The notes below the pieces were generated by a model. The model was not told where the DNA came from, made no database searches, and worked only from the letters and a program-made list of their open reading frames with translations. A program made the position numbers and the translations under genes. DNA of 55,758 bases, the filler included, from Sphacelaria rigidula (taxonomy: Eukaryota): the NCBI GenBank assembly GCA_964200075.2. It is 4 parts of 4 records of this genome, joined end to end, with 100 filler letters (N's around TTAATTAATTAA, not from the genome) between each part and the next. Parts side by side here need not be neighbours in the genome. Positions count along the whole stretch, not along the records: positions 1 to 13,866 come from CAXNAA020002624.1; positions 13,967 to 27,832 come from CAXNAA020002625.1; 2 more parts are not named here. One strand, written 5' to 3'. Within the stretch, counting starts at the first letter, position 1. The number at the start of each line of letters is the position of its first letter. Positions 12,367 to 25,321 of this stretch are shown here, piece by piece.

Positions 12367-13866
12367 AGTGGCATGGCTGGCCTTGAATTTCATCGCTACA
12401 AGGATTCAGTCGTCCCTTTCCCTTATCGACAGTTGAATCGAAGTTTGTTTACTCACGAAATAATCGCTTCTAGCACTACTAGGCATATTGTTAGAATAAA
12501 GCACACCTCGTGTGACTTCAACCAGGGTCAAACTCATGACCTACCCGCCACCATGTTCTTGAGGTTACCAACTGAACCGCCCGGGCGAAAGGTGGCGTAA
12601 ACGAAGGAAAATACTCACACACACAAGCAGACGTTTCACTGACGCAAATAATATAAGACACCGTACCGTACAGTGTTACTTCTTTCCACTCGTACAAGTA
12701 CCTTGCCGATTACACGTGTTCGAGATGGGGTTACGTAACGGTGCGACGGAATCAGTATGTAGTCAACACGCTGGTGCTTTCGTTTGCTATCATGTGTGTC
12801 TCCCCACAGAATACGGAACCCAAGGTTTATCTAGGAGCAGCAAAAGTTCTTCAACAGCCATAATTAGCCGCTCTGCACACGGGTCCTCACAACGTGGAAG
12901 CTGTGGCCACCGTGCGGGGTAGGTTGAGGTAGCTTGGCCGTACGTTTGCAATGTCGACTTGAAAGATGAGGCTTCCAACATCCCGCAACGTACCCTTTTG
13001 GCCACCCGTGACAGAGGCTAAAATGACCAGGCTCGGATCACAGGCTCATGCAGGCGGGGGGGGGTGATTCCACATATATTTCCGCCGTATGTTGCTTATT
13101 CTTGACCTCTTACTTACACGAAAATATTGATAGTGGAATTCTGTTGAGGGGATCGATGTAAATCATTGTTGCCACATAGAGCAGTAGTCGCAGGCACAAC
13201 TATATTATTTGGCTCTGACACACACACTTTTGCTACGATGCGCACCCTGTCGTATGAAGTCCGCCCTTGTTCCTGGAATGCACATTGTGCAGTGGCGGAC
13301 TGCGTCTCCCGGAAGAGTTCATGCATGTGTAGTCGTGAAGTGATTTTGTTGTGACACCCCCTTCCATGGGAATGTGGAAGCTTTTCTGAATGGCAGTCAT
13401 GCACTCTCGCTGGGTTGGGTGCTGTACTGTACAACATATACATCCCAAAGAATGTGAACAGTACTCCTATGCTGTGTTGGGTTTATTTTGCCGTTCACCA
13501 GTCAGGTACGAGGTTGGATGGCCATTTGCCGTAAATTCTGCATAGAGCCGGCGGGGGTATGGCGTGTATGTTGGCTCATTTCCTCGGCATCATTGCACGT
13601 GATTCAACACAGTATTGCCTCAACATTTTTTTATTTATATGATGGGTCATCCTACGATAGGTAGGGGGCGAAGATGGTATTTGGGGGCCATTTCTTCGTC
13701 GAAAGCTTAAATGGCTGTTCGAGCGCGGTTGTTGCCGACAAGTAACATTTATTCATACTCATTGACACCATTTACACCCATATACAAGTGCACCGCGAGA
13801 GAGTACTAGGTAGTCTGACACGCCCATGACCTTTTTTTCGTGGAATCACCCCCCCCCAACTCTCCC

Positions 13867-13966
13867 NNNNNNNNNNNNNNNNNNNNNNNNNNNNNNNNNN
13901 NNNNNNNNNNTTAATTAATTAANNNNNNNNNNNNNNNNNNNNNNNNNNNNNNNNNNNNNNNNNNNN
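13867..13966. other. Assembly gap pad (44 N + TTAATTAATTAA + 44 N)
   Basis: Identical 100-nt construct at three positions. Confidence 0.97.
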
Positions 13967-14221
13967 ATTGACCACACATCCCTTTCGAGACGGAGCAGCA
14001 GGGGGGGGGGGGAGGGGGGGCATAGGGTTAGTGCTAAGGTTTAGGGTGATCATGCTCGGTTTACCTTGGAAAAGGGGTAAGAACAAACGCGGTGGTATGA
14101 CCCATGTCTTTGCGACAAAGCGGTTGACAGGCTTCCCAGCTTGTTGGATAATTTTGACTTGTGACCCTAGCTTCGTTATATTTTCGTTCCTCGGACGGCA
14201 AACGGACCTCGACACGTGCAG

Positions 14222-15339
14222 AATCCCTATTACATGGTAGAGTTCAAGCCGGCACTCGGATGGATCTTCCGACACTATCTGAAAAAGTACTCTCACTGGG
14301 CCTATGGAGATCTCGACGTGTTCTTCGGAGATCTGACGAAGGGCTGGCTCGAGCCGGAGGAGATGCGAGATTACGACATCGTCACATACAGGTACTCGTG
14401 TGAAATGTAAACTCAACACGTATTGCTTGTGTCCGGTCCAGTCTTGTGTAAGTCCTGCGGGTGAAATGATGCGTGTGTACTTCTCGTTTTCCTTGTTGTG
14501 TGTCCGAGCACGGCAGTACCGCCTGCGTGCTGATCCATTCACCTTGCACGGTTTGTGTGTGATTACTGGACTGCGGCAGCTTCGGGGATCAGCATCGTGC
14601 TTACCTTCGAGGTCAGCTGACGGTGCACAAGAGCATCCCTAAGGTCAACGACGTGTGGAGGCACTGCCACCACCTGTCGGACTACTTGTACCGCATCGAT
14701 GTAAGTTGTGTGTGGTGTTACACTGGGTATCGACACAGAGAGGTACCGTGTCGTGTTTGATGCATTAAAGGTAACACTCGCAGCTTCTGACACGGTAGCT
14801 GCCGTTGCTATGCATCATGGAGCACCACTACAGTGGGCTAAGTTACCCCCGATGCTGGAGCTTAGTCCTGTTCCCCGGGAAAATGACATGTGGGTTCAGA
14901 CCTCAAGGGGAATGAATCGCACTCCGCATCAAACATGCGTATGCAGTTGACCCTGAAGGGCCTTTTGAAAGCACGCGTCTTGAGTTTTCTTGTGCGTCCT
15001 TGTAATAGTGATGTGCGGTTGTGAAATGTGACGGACGATGCTGGCGCTGCCTCCGTTCACGTGCCCTTTTCAATTTAATCTGTCTCTGCTGCTCTTTGTG
15101 ACGGTGATGCTGGGTGCTGCTTTGTGTCCAGAGAACGAGAGTAACCAAGCGATACACCTTGGAGAGCGCAGAGGGATGCTACAGCGCGGCCCTTATGTTC
15201 TCCAGCGATATCAAGGCTAAATACGCCGTCAGGGTGCGAACATTGCGATTACGTAGTGTCACGATCACCGACCGTTCACATCACTTTCGTGTCATTGCTC
15301 TGCACTCTCTGAATTCTTTCGCCAGCCCATTCACGCGGC

Positions 15340-15379
<40 letters not shown>

Positions 15380-18300
15380 TCGCCTCATGTGTTCTGCACG
15401 CCGGGCTACACCATTCGGTATATGTGGGCGCACTAGCCGGGGTCACACACGAGAAAGGTCAACACAGGAGCTTTTTGTTTTTTTGTTTTTGTTTTAGTAT
15501 TCCACCTTCCTTCTGCGGTGCTTGCGTTTTATTTTTTTCGTGAGAGGGGTCCAGCAGTCCCTTTCCCTCGTTGAGCGTGAAGTCGAATTTTGTGTACCCA
15601 CGACATTGTCGCTCTCCGCTGTTGGGCATGTGTGTGTTGTCTCACTGTTGGGCATGGTGTGAGAAAAACACCCAGATCGCTCCGAGATTCGAACCCACGA
15701 TCCAACCGTCAAAAGGTTTCGAGGTTACCAACTGAGCCACCGAGGCGACCGGCCTTAGGGGGGTGGCGGCGGTATATGATAGTTCAAGGGAGATAAAGGG
15801 TTAGACCGGAGCACGACGTGGAGCGGTTGGAGATATCCGTACGCCCGACCCGCATGTGACAGATGGAGGGGGCCAAGTAGAATGGCTCGTGTCGTGAGCT
15901 ATTTGGCAGAGCTGCGGTGCGTCCTCCTGTCCATCTTGGCGTTTCATCCAATCCAGCTGGCTCATCTCGTTTTCCACCCCGTTTTATGGTCACAGGTTTT
16001 CACAGACATGCCCGGAGGCGGCTTTCAGGGGAACGAGATCGATGTCGTCATCACGGGTGACGCTCTCATCAAGAAATGCCCATCTGTCAAGAACCGAATA
16101 GGAGAAGAGGGCGGACCGCTGGCGTCCATGCCTCAGATGCAGGTGAGAGCCACTCTCATTATTTGGCGAACACTGCACCAGCTAGTTTGGCGCGTGCGGA
16201 GGAGGCATATCTGCATGGCGAGTACACTGTTCTGCCCGTCAAGGGGGTCCCGTGCTGCCGAAAATTATCGTCCGTGAATGCTACCTTTCTTGTCGTCATC
16301 TTTGGCCCACTGACTGGAGGGAGTGTCGACACCTGCTTCCGGTTGTGTATGCGGCCGAGCTTGGGGTACACGCACGCTGATGAAGTTTCCCGTGATTTTT
16401 ATTCGTCTTGTCCCTCACGCAGCACTGTGACGTACAGCCGTCATGTTAACTGTTCACCTTGTTATTTATGTTGAGAAATGCCTGCCTGTCTTATGCTGAT
16501 CCTGAAGCCAAAGGAGAGTTCGACTGTGACTGAACATTGTGCTGCGTTGTCGACCGCTACAAGCTGGTGCGCTGTCTTGTTCTCGGCATACTGGTGTTGC
16601 TTGTGTTCTGTTGGCATGGCGTGGCAGGTGGACGTGGGCAAGTTCGTCCTTGTACAACCCGCGGTGGAAGGCACGCACTGTGAGTACTGGATCAATGACA
16701 GGTTCCAGACGTGCCTCGACCTTGTGCTTGATAAGGAATCCAGCAACGTGTACCTCATAAACGGACAGTACTATCAGCGAGGTGAGCGCACTTTTTTCCT
16801 GTCACGCTTTTAACCCCCCCCGGGATGCGTGATCAACGGTCAAACGACTCAGGCAAGCAAAAAATGAGTACACCCCCCTTCCCCTTCCTGCTCCTTCCTC
16901 TCGTCGGGACGAATCCGTGGTCTCAATAGGTCAACTCACCTCTCCCCCAGTGTACGCCTTGCATTTTGGTACGACGAATTTCGTTTCTGTACGCGAAGGT
17001 AGAAGCTAGTCTTCCCAGCTTGTCCACCGGGAGGACTGCTTGTTTAATGAAGTCCTTGTTCTTGTATCCCGGTGTGGTGTCAAAAACCTCAGACGGAAGG
17101 CAAAGACCACATTGTGCTGCACTTCAGCATGATCCCGTTGTTTTAGGATCAGATTACCGATCAATCAGATCAATCAAATCATACATCGTTGCACCCGCTC
17201 AAGTGTTTATCCTGCTTTTAGGAATGGCGTGATCATCGTTGTTGCTGCCGCTCACCAGTGTGTCTGTTATTTTACTCGGGCAACGCATGCAGGGTTTACC
17301 AACTTGTGGAAGGGCGTCGTGGAGGAGGGCTGCGGAATGGGAGCTTTCCACCACTTCCAGGCAAGTGTTGACTATTTGTGCGCGCCGTCATCGACCGTTT
17401 GTGTGCTCAGTATTTGCGTCTGTTTTTGTTGTTGCGCCTCGTCACCTGCTTGACCGGCTGTCACTCCAATTTTTTTAATTCTGTTCTGGGCGTACAACAC
17501 AGTAGTTGCAATGTGAGGACTAATGTCGAGAGGAAAAAAGCTCGTGGTCGTGGGTGGTTGGGCCTACGAGTATAGGCCGTGTGTTGTCGAGACCGCAACA
17601 ATAATAAGATGAAGCGGGAAAAGGAGCAAGCGTTCAAAAGCTGCATGTTGATTGATTGCTGGGCGGGTCTATGGTCGCGGCGACCAATTAACATGATCAT
17701 GATGCTTTTGGGCGCTTGTTTCCTTTCCCGCTTTTTTTTATTCCTCATTGCCTCCATAGAGATATAGCCTTACGCCAACCGGTGTGGGATGGCGCGTATT
17801 TTTCCAACTGGCCACCGCTTCTTCCCAAAGTGTTTTGTGGTACTGCAAAACCGCAGAATGCAGGCCGCGATGCTTTTACCGACTGTGATGTCTGATGTCA
17901 CGCGGGTTTCGTCCGGTCGAAACACCAAGAGAGCAAGAAGAGCTACAACCACCGAAATACACCAAGCGTGGGAACTACCGTAATTATCTGCGCGCGTGAT
18001 ACCCCCCCCCCCACTCGCTCGGGCCCCCCGCCTGCCCGGCNNNNNNNNNNCGCCGCGCAACCACACAAGAAGCAAGAAAGACACCCACCCCCCCAAACCC
18101 CCCAGCCCGGGACACCCCCGAATTTTCTCCCCCCCCCCCCCCCCCCCCTCCCTGTGATGAAACAACGGTCTGCCTGTCGTACCACAAACTCGACCTGTTT
18201 GATTCGGTATCACAGGATTTCAAGGCTAACTTCCGACCTTGGAACACGCGCCCACCCATGCCTCCGACGCACATGGGTATGGTCGCAAGGGAGAGCGGAC

Positions 18301-21300
18301 TGGTGCCTTTGCCAAACGGAGACTGGAAGGCTATGGCAGTGGACCCCAACACCCCTCCGCCGTGGGTAAGCTAAAGTTTCGGCCATCTGCGTCGACTGCA
18401 CGTGGTACCTGCTGAATCGAAGTGTTGAAGTTTTTGTTCGTAATCTTCTGAGGCATGTCTTGTACCAGAGGTGGTCGTTCGTCTTTCTCAAGAATCAATT
18501 CATGATGCCTTCGCGCTCGCTCTGCACGCACCACGTGACGTGACATGTCTTTCTTTCAGTTCCTTCCGCTACTTCTAAAGCGCAACAAGCCGTGCGCCGC
18601 AAACTGTACACTGTAACCTGCGCTAAACTTATCCGCCGTTGCCCGTTCGCGTGCCGTCGCTGCAAGTAATGTACACGCAGCTTTTGTTCCGCATCTCTTG
18701 TTGATCCATGTCCACTTGTTGCTGCTGCCTCAATCGATGCCCCGCTTACCACTACTCTCTCATATACTGGACATTCACGTTTGGCCACTTATGTCGACGC
18801 TGGCGGGCGGGGCGGGAATTGTTTATCTCAGAACCGGGACCGGTTCACCCACCGGTACTGCATGGAGTGGTCCGTGGATGTGGACAAGGAGAAGAACGCG
18901 TACTCGTGCTTGGTGAGCGTAACCGCCACGGACGCTCTTAGGCCTATGTACGACTCTCGGACGGATGAAGCGAAACGACTCGGCGGGGTAGATGCCGTGA
19001 CTCTAGGCGGAGTGGGGAGCGTAAAGCACTTAGATGGATTGCTGCACAGCATGAGGGAGTGGACGGGTCCCAAGGTGTGTTGTGTTGAAACAGGAATTCT
19101 GACTCGCTTAGGATAGCGTCACGCTCTCTCTGTGCTCTTCATACATTTTATTTAATCGTGTGGGCATGCTCACGTCTTTTTTGCAAAAGCGTCGGGCTGA
19201 GGATCACAATACCATGTTGCCTCTAATAACCCCGTAGGAACTCGCAAACATCAGTACAAACTCCCATATGCGAGCTTCCGTCACTAGGAAAACGTCACTT
19301 GGAGTTCGGTGCACGAATCTGTCACATTAGTGTACTTGAACTGGGAGTGGCGCACCGTTTGGGTGGGCTAAAACGTCAACAGCTGCAGAAGAACAACCAT
19401 ATCTTGTCCAAGGAAACGTCACTTGTAAATCGCCATTTTTCCATCAACTGTCCCAAGAGGGTCAAGTACGTACCGTTTACAGTAGTTACTCGATTATCAA
19501 TCCACTAGAGAAGGTAGCTCAAAATTCAAAAGCAGGTTGAATAGCTGCGGGAAAACTCAAATCCAGAAGAGAGCAGGTTTGCGGCTACCCTCATGCGCAC
19601 CCGTCCGTTCATGATGTTTAGGTTGCTGTAATGTATTGTTTCAGGGCATGATAATTGGGATGTATCGCTCCTCCATAGTCGTAGTTGGACGTGTTGTGTT
19701 GCGGTAAAGCTGACCTCGTTGTGTCGGCCGTTTTTGTTCAGATTATCGTGCTGATTATGAGCGTAGACGATACCAAGAGTGTATGGACTAAGCTACACAA
19801 GGAGGAGAAAGCCGCGGATAGCTGTGGCATGGAGAACGCTCTCGTGATGGCTTTCCTAGTACCCAAGGATGACGAGAACATGCAGGGCAGCAGCCAACAG
19901 CCCCTGGGACTGGAAATGCCCATCAAGTCTCTGCTCAATGCGCTCAACGATTTGTGCCAGACGAGGTGTGGTCTAGCTACCCGTGGTTGGATAGATATCC
20001 CGCCTGTGAGTAAGCTAATATTCGTTATGCTGATCCATACTGCTGCACTGTGCTCTACCGTGCGTGACAACGTTCGCCGGGTAGCAAGATATTTGAGGAG
20101 TATGTTGTCTGGAGTAATGAGCTTATCACGTAGGCTGGCAGTCGATGGAAGTGGTGAAAACGATACGTGAAGTTGGAAGCCAAATGCCATGCCTCCAGCT
20201 TCCTTGTTCAAGCATGTTTGACAGTGCATGCTATTTGATCGTCTTTCATGATGTCCCCTTGATTCCCCTCCCCATTCAGACTCTTGTGTGGACAGTGCTT
20301 CGTTCGTGTTCCGCGCGCTGCAACCAAAGCATGACTAACTTCCGTGTCCAGCGTGATCGAAGTACGCAGCCTTTGGTTTGAGCGCCGAACACCCCCCCCC
20401 CCCCCTCCACCCCTCCACCCCTTCATGTACGTGCGTTCGTCCACAGACACCTCCTAACCCTGTCGCCTGGCTTCAGGATAGGGCGAGGTACCGAGAAAGT
20501 GGTAAACGATGCCGTCCGAACTCCCTCGTTGAAGCCAAGGGTATTGGTCATCCCGCAGTGGTGTATCGACGGCTCCCCCGATCCCTGGGTAGTGCCTTCG
20601 CTGGACGTGCAAGACGCGAAGACGCTGGCCATGGAAGGGACGGCGGGACTCTGTCAAGCACGAGCGACGGACCAAAAAGGAGCGCCCGACAATTCGTGGC
20701 TTGGTTCGTCGGCCAACGACGCAGTCGAGAATGGAGAGACAAACGGGGCAGTGTTGAGAAACGGGCGGTCGCTTCTAAGATCGGACGTCGTAAGCCCGAT
20801 ATTAGTGGTGGATCTGTGGTCGGCGCCCGCGTTATTCTTGCGGTATGTTGAGGTGAGTGACTGCTTACGCGAGACGGTGGTAAAAGGAATGGATGGGTCA
20901 TGAGGTGCTTCTGGGTGTTTCGTGTGTCCCCGGCTTTCGGAGCAGGGGCGGGGGCGGAGCAGCCTTGTGACATGGAGGTCGGTACAAGTGTGCGTGAACA
21001 CCATTCGGTGAGAGGGGTGGATGTGCTGTCAAGAGTTGAGAGCCGTGTACTACTGCTTTTATCACGTGGAAGGAACACGCTGATTGCTCAATATTCGTCC
21101 ATTTTGCCGTGGCCGAGCGCCGTCTTTTATTTGTCAGTTTACATCCCATGCTCCGCGCGAATATTAGGACTTACTTCCCACATATGGGGGTAACTCAAAG
21201 CGAATTGAATATTTTCGCGCGAAGTGCGATTTTGGCCGAGCGTCTACAATCGGCACCTAGCAAAATCTGAGGCCCCCTTCAAAATTGAGGGAGTAACTAA

Positions 21301-23707
21301 TGTAAGGAACATGTCCTGTTTCACTGTGCTGCAGCACAAACACACTCATGCCCTCTCTCATGCGCTGTAGCTGTCACTGTGCTGTGGTGTGTTTGAACCG
21401 TCGCAACGACGGTGGGACTGCCTGAGTTTTTTTATTGTCGTTGTGTTTGTTTTCATAGAAAATAATGATTCTATGCTTTCGTTTTTCGCTGTGCTGTTGT
21501 GCATTTAAACGCTCTACAAACACGGTGTAAAGTGCGGTGGAGAGTGCCTTCACAGCTACCCTGGTGCCGTGTTTGAGTCTGTACAGGATTGGGGTGCGAC
21601 CAAAGTGCCGTCTATACAAAGTTGAAAAAATCACGTGATAGCTGTACAGCTGTTCGTTGTGTGTTCTTTGATACTTCAATTGTACTTGGGTTCTGTGATC
21701 GGGTAAGACACGCAAGGCAGTTGCGTGCAGGTTGGGGCAAACAAACTTCGCCAGCACGGACTGCTTTATCCTTGATGGTCGCAGCTGTCTGTCTCGCAGC
21801 GGCGCAGCGTGGGGGTTAATCGGAGTCATTTTGTAACTTATATACATCTCACAGCTCTCATGTGATTCGCGGAAGGCCCCCGCATGTTCGTGGTTTGGAA
21901 TGCTCTGATAAGTCCAAAAATGTGAGTCATATTTTTTGCCTCGGATCTGTGGGAGGTATGCCAACATTTGATGTACTTCGGTCCCCTGCAGGAGTTCACG
22001 CGACCGCGATGTTTCGACGGAGCGTACGCACGGGGGCTGTGGTCAGCGGGGTTTGCTTTCGAGATGTTGCCCGGTGCCCTCGCGTTCGCTGTACGATCGG
22101 AAGTGCCGTCCAAAAGCTTGGGCTGCCGATCGGGGGCGCTGCTTCCAGCGAGGAGCTATACGCTGTTCCTCAAGGTACTGTAGTTGGTCTGCATGGTGTT
22201 TCTTCGAGCTCGGTCCTCTTGCTGGACTGATCCGAGGCATGGTGCGCGCATGCATGCGTGCGTGCGTGCTGTCTTTCCCTCAACATTCGATTGCTTTTGT
22301 GGGAGTTGTTGACGCGATACTTGAAGCAGCTGGATCGGTCTTGCGCAGCTCGTGTCTGACAGGGCGATGTAGCATTTGCTTGTCTTCGTCATCAATGCAC
22401 ATGATGAGTTTCAAAGAGTCCCCAAGCTCGCCTGAAGCAAGCTCTGTGCGGAGGTGCAAAGGCAAAAGTTGAGTATGACTTACCTCCCCGTTGAACGTAC
22501 GTTTGAGTGTTAATCAACCCCTCTTGTCTCTCAGGCATTCCCTGGAATGACCTCTTCCCCCCCCCCCCCGCCCCCCTCCATGGTGACTGGTAATCGATTG
22601 CAAGTCTAGTCCGGCGAAATTCCGGCGTGCTCCGTCCCGGCTTTGTAGGGATGCGCGGTAAATGGTCATATGACTACGGCGTGCAAGATAATGAGTACAC
22701 CCCTCCCACTACCTTTTGAGGACTAGCGTCGGTTGGCAACCACGCTGTAAAACAGTCACCCGCTGCGTAAGCTAGGTGACCGGGTTACCCTTTGTTGGAG
22801 AACCTAAACTTCGTGTAAAGAGGATGATCGTACTACGTAGTGTTCACGTGGTCAGTCATCCATGAGGCAGTGTGGAACCCGTGGCTGCCTCTGGAATGGA
22901 CGACGGTACCAGAAAATGAAGGACCTCGTTGTAGGCTGTCATCCATTCGCAAGATAATCAGTACGCTTCAGATCGAAAATCTTGGTGAGATACAGCTCAC
23001 CCTTCATGCGACTCGCCGAGCACATCATGGCCCTTCGCGCTTGGTTATTGCGAGCGTTTGGATTGATTGAGTGATTGTCGCACTTTCACTGACCCCCCCA
23101 GGGGTCCACCCGTGGTCTCGTGATAGACATGCCCTAAAAGAACAAAAGTGAAACACTTGCTGAGCGTGGTCCGGCGAAAACTCGGCGTGCTCCGTCCCGG
23201 TTTTGTAGGGGTGCGAGGTCAGGTGATGTCATGACTACAACATGCAAGGCCATGAGTCCCCCCCCCCCCCCCTCTCCCCCTCCAAGTCAGTACTTGGAGT
23301 CAAGTCGTGTCCTGTACTTGCGGAGGGTGTGTGACCTCCCCCCTCTATTCGCGTGCCCTCGTCGACGCACACAGTCCATCCGGGAGGTGTACTCCAACAC
23401 TCGCTCCCGAAACAACATCACCATGGATCAGCTGAGGCTTATGGACCATCGATTAGGCTTTGCGACAGGGCCCTCCGAGGCAGGGGAGCCGGACACAGTC
23501 TCGAAAAAACAGAAGCGCCAGGTGTACAAGAAGGGCTTCCGCAGTCGCGACGGCATACCGGAAGAGCAGCAGAAAGTTGCGCAGGCCCTGGCAGAACAGC
23601 GACGGCGTCCACCGGGGGTTGAATCCATGCTGGCCGAACGGAGGGGTCGAGAACCAAAGGGGAAGTTGAAACAGAAGCCGCCAGATACAGAAGCCGTTGA
23701 GGGTTAG
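14222..23707 (+). CDS. Spliced gene (5'-partial): putative two-domain glycosyltransferase, DUF6625-like domain plus divergent GT49/LARGE-type domain
   Basis: Phase-consistent exons 14222-14391, 14580-14700, 15132-15233, 15996-16142, 16628-16781, 17293-17360 (GC donor), 18216-18365, 18832-19074, 19742-19965, 20447-20852, 21992-22174, 23375-23707 (TAG). 'EFKPALGWIFRHYLKKYSHWAYGDLDVFFGDL' matches the DUF6625-type motif as I recall it. 'VTL...WTGP...MPIKSLLNAL...TRHLL...VLVIPQW...SPILVV...RYVEEF...GFAFEMLPGAL' follows the GT49 motif order. The start is probably lost in the gap at 13867-13966. Confidence 0.8.
15342..15752 (-). mobile_element. tRNA-derived SINE, type A, intronic, with expanded (CA)n tail
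   Basis: Same A/B boxes and body as 36140-36490; (GT)n tract at 15342-15378. Confidence 0.88.
22606..23260 (+). repeat. Two direct copies of a ~95-bp repeat in the last intron of gene 2 (22606-22705, 23168-23260)
   Basis: gtccggcgaaa..cggcgtgctccgtcccgg.tttgtaggg.tgcg...atgactac...tgcaag...atgagt in both copies. Confidence 0.8.
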
Positions 23708-25141
23708 ATAGCTTTTCCTGATATTCCGTTTTAAACTGGTTCGTCCGCGTGGGTGCGTGGGTGGGAATGGCTGTGTCTGTGGTGTATGCATGTGTGTATA
23801 TTTGTGTTGATGTTGGTGTTTCTGCTGATGGTGGTGCTTGTGCTTGTGCTTGTGTCAGTACGTGTTCTGTGTTTTCGCATGGTGTAACGGCAGTGCGTGG
23901 AGGGAAGTTCCAGACCGACGTGGCGGGTACATGGTTGCAGTGATGGCCACATTGCATCGTACCGCTCGATGTCTGTGCGATTTGCCGTTTCAGCCTTGAG
24001 ACGGAGGGCCGTACACCAGGAACGAAAAGTGCGTTGTGCAGCGATATATTCGCGTCCAAAAGGAGAGAAAGCGCAGGCCAACTCGAAGATATCGGTCTGC
24101 GCTCTTGATACTCGTGGACAAGCCACCACTCACGAGCAAGCAGTACGTCATACTCCGAGCCGTGTTGTGCGTGGTGGTTGAAATCATATAAATGCGGACG
24201 TCATGATATTCGTTTTCTGTGGTGCTTTCAACCCGGATTTGTATGTTTTGGAAGTTTTCTGTTGCTGCCCTAGCTGTTCTGTACTGTAGAATATCCGATG
24301 CGCGAGTCATTGCCCTTGGGGGATGAACTTTTCCATAATCGAACTCCTGCCGTTTTTTATTTTCTCTTGCGTTTATGACATCCCTTAGTCGTGGAGTGCT
24401 TGCCTGAACACGATCCCTTGATCAAATGTCGGTGCGGTCGTATGTGGCGAATAGTTGGCCCAAGTTCCCACAGCCGTTTCGCACCCCTGGGCACCGACGC
24501 CAACTTCTCTTCGAAGCGAGTCGCATTCAACATTCATGAAGCGCGTGGGTGTTGCGAATCATCAGCGGTTGTGAAAGGAAGTCGTTCTGAAGAGGCACGT
24601 TGTCATACCTGGGCTGGGGTCCCCGGGACTAAGATCACGGTCACTCACACCATGTTCATGCCAAGTACTGGAGTACGATTAGGCAGTGAGTTCGAAAAGT
24701 GGCCGTGGTTGCGCAAACTCCCCTTCTGTTCTGGTGCAGGCCTGCTTTTTCTTTCATCATTATGTATTGCTGTACACTACACCACGCAAAAGCTGCTATA
24801 GCAGTGTTTGTTTTTCATGATTGCGGAGATCATCGATCTCGGCGTGCATTCGGCCTTCGCGTATTTTTCAGGGTACTGGAGTCGAGTCGTATGCAGTTTG
24901 TGTTTGTGTTCCTCCGATCCATATGGGTTGAAAGCAAAATCCTGGGGCTATTTTCGGTCCAGGCAGTCGTTGAGTTGGTTGGGTGGGCTTTAGTGCAGAA
25001 ATGAACGGGTATGGGTGAAATTTGCACTCCTTTTACGTGACGTGATTTCTCCCAGCTGTTTGGTGGTGGTGGGGGGGGGGGCTATTCTCGCTGCGCGACC
25101 TCGGTCTCCATGGTGACGTTTTGTTAAATGTTTCAAGGGCA

Positions 25142-25321
25142 GGCCGAGTAGAGTATACCCAATTGCGGGGTATTTTGAAAGACGTACTTGGGGTACTCAA
25201 GTTAGGGTAGAGTATTGGGAGTCGTACCCAAAAAAATGCTGGGAAGCGATTCCTGGAATTCTACCCCCAATTTGTGTGCGACTTTCAAGATACCCCGCAA
25301 TTGAGTATACTCTACTCGACC
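25142..25321. mobile_element. 180-bp MITE with about 40-bp TIRs
   Basis: GGCCGAGTAGAGTATACCCAATTGCGGGGTATTTTGAAAG versus the reverse complement of the right end GGTCGAGTAGAGTATACTCAATTGCGGGGTATCTTGAAAG; TSD unclear. Confidence 0.82.

Noticed and set aside
13911-13922. Recurrent TTAATTAATTAA palindrome as a biological motif
   Set aside because: Always centred in 44+44 N; an assembly spacer.
21174-21293. Stowaway-like MITE (TA|CTTCCC...GAGGGAG|TA)
   Set aside because: TIR match too short and degenerate to support from one copy.
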